Assembly: GCA_965215125.1 (NCBI GenBank) | Contig: OZ244052.1 | Coordinates: 192,001 to 256,000, forward strand | DNA: 64,000 nucleotides | Direction of reading: 5' to 3' | From: an uncultured candidatus Porisulfidus sp. | Lineage (GTDB): Bacteria; Pseudomonadota; Gammaproteobacteria; Poriferisulfidales; Oxydemutatoraceae | Part shown: in pieces, positions 61,101 to 64,000 of the stretch | Layout of the letters: every line of letters begins with the position of its first letter | Numbering within the stretch: position 1 is the first letter of the stretch | The notes under the pieces: model-generated | Databases searched by the model: none | Seen by the model: the letters and a program-made list of their open reading frames with translations, nothing else | What the model was told of the DNA's origin: nothing | Made by a program: the position numbers and the translations under genes

Positions 61101-64000
61101 TACCGACACTGCAATAGTCTGCTCTCTGCCCTCCTTGACCGAGACTGTATTGTCAAAAGATGTAATCGTCGGAGAGGCATTGACTCGCACCGACACGGTT
61201 TTACTGTTTGTTGACTCGTTGCTGTCGGTTGCGGTGAATGTAATCATCGCTTCTCCGCTCTGCTCGGCGGTTAGTGTAAAGGTGATACTCGTATTGGTCG
61301 TTATATCGTCGGTTTCCGCAGATGTCGTCACCGATACGATCGTTCGGCTCGACGACATCGCTTCCAATGTGACACTATCATCCAAATCGAAATTATCATC
61401 CGCCACCGAGACAATAATATCGGTCATGTCATTCAACTGCATCGTTGGAACGGTGGGTGGTGTAATCATAATCGTCGGTTTCGTATTCGCTTCTACTCGC
61501 ACTTCAAATTCCTCCGAAATCCTTGAATTTGCTATATCTCTGCCGTCATTTACCGTCACCATAATCGTCGCACTACCGGCACCGACACCGCTAACTTCAA
61601 GTGTGCGGGTAGCACCATCGGTCGCAATAATCGTTGCGGTTGTAATCAGGCTATTGCCGGTATTAATGCTTACACTAAGGCTATCGTCGTCGTCGGCATC
61701 GTTTATTGTTACATTCAGGGTAGTTTCTGTTCCTTCCAACAATCTGATGGGTTGTTCGGGAATACCAATAATCGTCGGAGCCGTGTTCCGCTCCACCGTC
61801 ACCGAAACCGAAGCCGAAACCGACTCGGTGTGTTCATCGCTCACGGTGATATTGAGTGTTGCCACACCGGCTTTCAACCCTTTAATCTTTAGAGTTTGTG
61901 CGTCTCTTGTAACACTGCCGTTGGTCATTACTATCACACTGGTGGTCACCAATTCCACTACATCTTGGTTCTCATTCATTGCGGTTAACGATAAAGTTAA
62001 GCTGTTGTCGGTGTCGGCATCGGATACCGACACTGCAATAGTCTGCTCTCTGCCCTCCTTGACCGAGACCGTATTGTCAAAAGATGTAATCGTCGGAGGC
62101 GTGTTGACACGCACCGACACGGTTTTACTGTTTGTTGACTCGTTGCTGTCGGTTGCGGTGAATGTAATCACCGCTTCTCCGCTTTGCTCGGCGGTTAGTG
62201 TGAAGGTGATACTCGTATTGGTCGTTATATCGTCGGTTTCCGCAGATGTCGTCACCGATACGATCGTTCGGCTCGACGACATCGCTTCCAATGTGACACT
62301 ATCACCCAAATCGAAATTATCATCCGCCACCGAGACAACGACATCGGTCATGTCATTCAACTGCATCGTTGGAACGGTGGGCGGTGTAATCATAATCGTC
62401 GGTTTCGTATTCGCTTCTACTGGAACTTTAATCGGCACCTCTTCAGACGGCGGCGGTCTGCCTTGATTGGGTATCACCGTGCCGTCGCTATATTTAAGCG
62501 CAGGATACTGCTCGGTGGTGCCAAAATCCCATGCTTCGTTACTCCAGCTTCTATATATCCCGGTTTGCATTGTGGGTCCTTGTAGTGCCATCGTTGTTAT
62601 ACCTTCGCCATCGTCACTTGTCTCTATTCCACTGGTATTTATATCCCAATAGCTGTTCGTGATGGAACCATTATTAATACCGACTAAACCGCCTACATTA
62701 TAATCTCCTGAAACAAAACTCGTCGCATAGCTGTTCGTGATAATGCTAAGTATATTAGTTCCGACTAAACCACCTGCATTTCCATTTCCTAAAACAGAAA
62801 CCATAGCATAGCTGTTCGTGATAGTGCCGCCTCTATTCCAACCGACTAAACCGCCAAGACTACTACCATTTCCTGAAACAGAAACCATAGCATAGCTGTT
62901 CGCGATAACACCGTAATTCTCACCAACTAAACCGCCTACATCGTTATCCCCTGAAACAGAACCCATAGCATAGCTGTACGTGATAGTACCATCTCGATTA
63001 AGACCGACTAAACCGCCTACTTCAAAATTCCCGATAATGTTGACACTTAGTAAACCAACATTAGTAATTTCAGCCCCACTGCCCGTGTAACCGAACAAGC
63101 CTATTTGGCGCGTACCACTTCTATCAATCGTAAGATTAGAAATCGTAAAACCTTTGCCTTCAAATTCGCTCCTGAAAGCATTAGAGAAAGAATCCCCAAT
63201 CGGCTGCCAACCTGCTCCCGTAGTCCATGTAATCCTGTTAGCTGTTGAACTATAGCTTTCATCGTCGTTAAAGTCTAAATCTCTCGTCAGTTCATAGCCT
63301 CTGCACACGTTATTAGGACAACCTACTGAAACCTCAAGTGCCGTCTCGCTTTCTCTATAGCCGGTCCCGTCCAGTTGATAACGTATCGCATTCAACTCCT
63401 CTAAATTATCAACCTCTATCAAACCGTCATCATCCCTATCAACATCTCCGTTAAACTCATAATAATTAAGATAGAGAGTATAAATAACAGTTTGCATTAT
63501 TGCACCCCCATTCTCAACCTCAATTGTGATTGTAGTTATCCCGTCGGTGTTTAACGAAATCATGCCACTCTCATCACCACTATCTATAGTTCTTGTCTCC
63601 TCGTTAGCCGTAATATAAACCTTAGCATCGAGATTTACTGTTATTGGTCTGAACTGTATTGTGCTTGCACTACTAACTAACGTCCCTCTGTAGCTCGGCA
63701 CTACCACATCAAAATCAGGCGATAAATTACCTTCCACTAATTGCAATTCCTTCAAGCCATCTCTCAGTACGGGCGACAACAAACTACCACAGACAGGTGG
63801 GTCTGTTATGGTATCATCCGTACTTGTTGTACGACATTCGCTACTATCCGTGTTAGGATTGTCGGTATATTTAAGGATTGGATATTGGCTGCCAGTGCCG
63901 AAATACCAATTCGTAGTACTCCATTCGTAATAGGGTTTGTTACTGTCTGTGTCTTGTGCGCTCCCTGCTATCAATTCCCCCCTGGTTTTACCCATGCCAT
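52182..64000 (-). CDS. Giant repetitive surface protein (>3,937 aa, 5' end probably outside window): GLUG-type module, cadherin-like domain and about 33 tandem Ig-like domains
   Basis: Uninterrupted ORF that begins mid-domain. It carries the same DxDxDGLIE..LEELNAIRYQLDGTGY module as the left giant gene and 924-nt tandem repeats. Confidence 0.92.
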   Translation of the reverse strand, partial: GMGKTRGELIAGSAQDTDSNKPYYEWSTTNWYFGTGSQYPILKYTDNPNTDSSECRTTSTDDTITDPPVCGSLLSPVLRDGLKELQLVEGNLSPDFDVVVPSYRGTLVSSASTIQFRPITVNLDAKVYITANEETRTIDSGDESGMISLNTDGITTITIEVENGGAIMQTVIYTLYLNYYEFNGDVDRDDDGLIEVDNLEELNAIRYQLDGTGYRESETALEVSVGCPNNVCRGYELTRDLDFNDDESYSSTANRITWTTGAGWQPIGDSFSNAFRSEFEGKGFTISNLTIDRSGTRQIGLFGYTGSGAEITNVGLLSVNIIGNFEVGGLVGLNRDGTITYSYAMGSVSGDNDVGGLVGENYGVIANSYAMVSVSGNGSSLGGLVGWNRGGTITNSYAMVSVLGNGNAGGLVGTNILSIITNSYATSFVSGDYNVGGLVGINNGSITNSYWDINTSGIETSDDGEGITTMALQGPTMQTGIYRSWSNEAWDFGTTEQYPALKYSDGTVIPNQGRPPPSEEVPIKVPVEANTKPTIMITPPTVPTMQLNDMTDVVVSVADDNFDLGDSVTLEAMSSSRTIVSVTTSAETDDITTNTSITFTLTAEQSGEAVITFTATDSNESTNSKTVSVRVNTPPTITSFDNTVSVKEGREQTIAVSVSDADTDNSLTLSLTAMNENQDVVELVTTSVIVMTNGSVTRDAQTLKIKGLKAGVATLNITVSDEHTESVSASVSVTVERNTAPTIIGIPEQPIRLLEGTETTLNVTINDADDDDSLSVSINTGNSLITTATIIATDGATRTLEVSGVGAGSATIMVTVNDGRDIANSRISEEFEVRVEANTKPTIMITPPTVPTMQLNDMTDIIVSVADDNFDLDDSVTLEAMSSSRTIVSVTTSAETDDITTNTSITFTLTAEQSGEAMITFTATDSNESTNSKTVSVRVNASPTITSFDNTVSVKEGREQTIAVSVSDADTDDSLTLSLTAMNENQDVVELVTTSVIVMTNGSVTRDAQTLKIKGLKAGVATLNITVSDAHTESVSASVLVTVERNTAPTIMITPPTVPTMQLNDMTDIIVSVADDNFDLGDSVTLEAMSSSRTIVSVTTSAETDDITTNTSIIFTLTAEQSGEAVITFTATDSNESTNSKTVSVRVNASPTITSFDNTVSVKEGREQTIAVSVSDADTDDSLTLSLTAMNENQDVVELVTTSVIVMTNGSVTRDAQTLKIKGLKAGVATLNITVSDAHTESVAASVLVTVERNTAPTIIGIPEQPIRLLERTETTLNVTINDADDDDDSLSVSIDTGNSLIATATIIATDGATRTLEVSGVGAGSATIMVTVNDGRGLSNSRILEEFEVRVEANTKPTIMITPPTVPTMQLNDMTDVVVSVADDNFDLGDSVTLEAMSSSRTIVSVTTSAETDDITTNTSITFTLTAEQSGEAVITFTATDSNESTNSKTVSVRVNASPTITSFDNTVSVKEGREQTIAVSVSDADPDDSLTLSLTAMNENQDIVELVTTSVIVMTNGSVARDAQTLKIKGLKAGVATLNITVSDEHTESVSASVSVTVERNTAPTIIGIPEQPIRLLEGTETTLNVVINDADDDDSPSVSIDTGNSLIATATIIATDGATRTLEVSGVGAGSATIMVTVNDGRGLSNSRISEEFEVRVEANTKPTIMITPPTVPTMQLNDMTDIIVSVADDNFDLGDSVTLEAMSSSRTIVSVTTSAETDDITTNTSIIFTLTAEQSGEAVITFTATDSNESTNSKTVSVRVNASPTITSFDNTVSVKEGREQTIAVSVSDADTDDSLTLSLTAMNENQDVVELVTTSVIVMTNGSVARDAQTLKIKGLKAGVATLNITVSDEHTESVSASVSVTVERNTAPTIIGIPEQPIRLLEGTETTLNVVINDADDDDSPSVSIDTGNSLIATATIIATDGATRTLEVSGVGAGSATIMVTVNDGRGLSNSRISEEFEVRVEANTKPTIMITPPTVPTMQLNDMTDIIVSVADDNFDLGDSVTLEAMSSSRTIVSVTTSAETDDITTNTSITFTLTAEQSGEAVITFTATDSNESTNSKTVSVRVNTPPTITSFDNTVSVKEGREQAIAVSVSDADTDDSLTLSLTAMNENQDIVELVTTSVMVMTNGSVARDAQTLKIKGLKAGVATLNITVSDAHTESVSASVLVTVERNTAPTIIGIPEQPIRLLEGTETTLNVTINDADDDDSLSVSIDTGNSLIATATIIATDGATRTLEVSGVGAGSATIMVTVNDGRDLSSSRILEEFEVRVEANTKPTIMITPPTVPTMQLNDMTDVVVLVADDNFDLGDSVTLEAMSSSRTIVSVTTSAETDDITTNTSITFTLTAEQSGEAVITFTATDSNESTNSKTVSVRVNTPPTITSFDNTVSVKEGREQTIAVSVSDADTDDSLTLSLTAMNENQDIVELVTTSVTVMTNGSVTRDAQALKIKGLKAGVATLNITVSDEHTESAPVSVSVTVERNTAPTIIGIPEQPIRLLEGTETTLNVVINDADVDDSLSVSIDTGNSLIATATIIATDGATRTLEVSGVGAGSATIMVTVNDGRDLSSSRILEEFEVRVEANTKPTIMITPPTVPTMQLNDMTDVVVLVADDNFDLGDSVTLEAMSSSRTIVSVATSAETDDITTNTSITFTLTAEQSGEAVITFTATDSNESTNSKTVSVRVNTPPTITSFDNTVSVKEGREQTIAVSVSDADPDDSLTLSLTAMNENQDIVELVTTSVIVMTNGSVARDAQTLKIKGLKAGVATLNITVSDEHTESVSASVLVTVERNTAPTIIGIPEQPIRLLEGTETTLNVTINDADDDDDSLSVSIDTGNSLIATATIIATDGATRTLEVSGVGAGSATIMVTVNDGRDLSSSRILEEFEVRVEANTKPTIMITPPTVPTMQLNDMTDVVVSVADDNFDLDDSVTLEAMSSSRTIVSVTTSAETDDITTNTSITFTLTAEQSGEAVITFTATDSNESTNSKTVSVRVNTPPTITSFDNTVSVKEGREQTIAVSVSDADTDDSLTLSLTAMNENQDVVELVTTSVMVMTNGSVARDAQTLKIKGLKAGVATLNITVSDEHTESAPASVSVTVERNTAPTIIGIPEQPIRLLERTKTTLSVTINDADDDDSPSVSIDTGNSLIATATIIATDGATRTLEVSGVGAGSATIMVTVNDGRDLSSSRISEEFEVRVEANTKPTIMITPPTVPTMQLNDMTDIIVSVADDNFDLDDSVTLEAMSSSRTIVSVTTSAETDDITTNTSITFTLTAEQSGEAVITFTATDSNESTNSKTVSVRVNTPPTITSFDNTVSVKEGREQTIAVSVSDADTDDSLTLSLTAMDENQDVVELVTTSVMVMTNGSVTRDAQTLKIKGLKAGVATLNITVSDEHTESAPVSVSVMVERNTAPTIIGIPEQPIRLLEGTETTLNVVINDADVDDSLSVSIDTGNSLIATATIIATDGATRTLEVSGVGAGSATIMVTVNDGRGLSNSRISEEFEVRVEANTKPTIMITPPTVPTMQLNDMTDVVVSVADDNFDLGDSVTLEAMSSSRTIVSVATSAETDDITTNTSIIFTLTAEQSGEAVITFTATDSNESTNSKTVSVRVNTPPTITSFDNTVSVKEGREQAIAVSVSDADTDDSLTLSLTAMNENQDVVELVTTSVMVMTNGSVTRDAQTLKIKGLKAGVATLNITVSDEHTELVSASVLVTVERNMAPTIIGIPEQPIRLLEGTKTTLNVTINDADDDDSLSVSIDTGNSLIATATIIATDGATRTLEVSGVGAGSATIMVTVNDGRGLSNSRISEEFEVRVEANTKPTIMITPSLDQTLSLNSTAHIVVSVADDNFDVDDIVTLEAMSSSRTIVSVTTSAETDDITTNTSITFTLTAEQSGEAVITFTATDSGGLGGRGAVSVRVHIAIRIHVKVFLEGLLQ
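52531..62420 (-). repeat. Intragenic tandem repeat, 924/927-nt unit (three Ig-like modules A-B-C): 10 full units plus one 624-nt A-B unit
   Basis: Anchor GGTTTCGTATTCGCTTCTAC recurs at 52531, 53455, 54379, 55303, 56230, 57154, 58078, 59002, 59926, 61477 and 62401, with a hybrid junction at 60853. Confidence 0.95.

Noticed and set aside
52531-62420. Diversity-generating retroelement or CRISPR-like interpretation of the tandem repeats
   Set aside because: No reverse transcriptase, no adenine-specific variation and no unique spacers. These are ordinary coding repeats.
52657-62466. Very long plus-strand ORFs (1970, 602 and 667 aa)
   Set aside because: They are antisense shadows of the repetitive adhesin. 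They mirror its codons, are Ser/Val-rich without motifs, and are broken wherever a synonymous change creates TGA.

Overview
This is gammaproteobacterial chromosomal DNA, judged from tig-clpP, rnhB-dnaE, orn, rseC-degP, petABC-sspA, holA-proA-nadD-rsfS-rlmH, rnpB and two tRNAs. Each end of the window carries a giant minus-strand surface-protein gene that runs off the edge. The left one is >5,000 aa and is missing from the ORF track. The right one is >3,900 aa with about 33 tandem Ig-like domains. The centre holds a type II-C CRISPR-Cas locus (tracrRNA, cas9, cas1, cas2, and a 46-repeat array disrupted by two IS3-family elements). The main finding is that this Cas9 has TWO HNH domains. A gap-free copy of its own HNH (89/128 aa identical, hand count) is inserted inside RuvC-III, with the catalytic E-H replaced by G-Y and a shift to acidic residues. 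The predicted tracrRNA is also unusual: a 20-nt insertion splits the anti-repeat and could form a pseudoknot. The array records repeated acquisition against variants of the same invader sites. A small hairpin element with compensatory changes is scattered through the window, nests in another repeat family and supplies the C-terminus of one gene. All calls were made by eye and no database searches were run.
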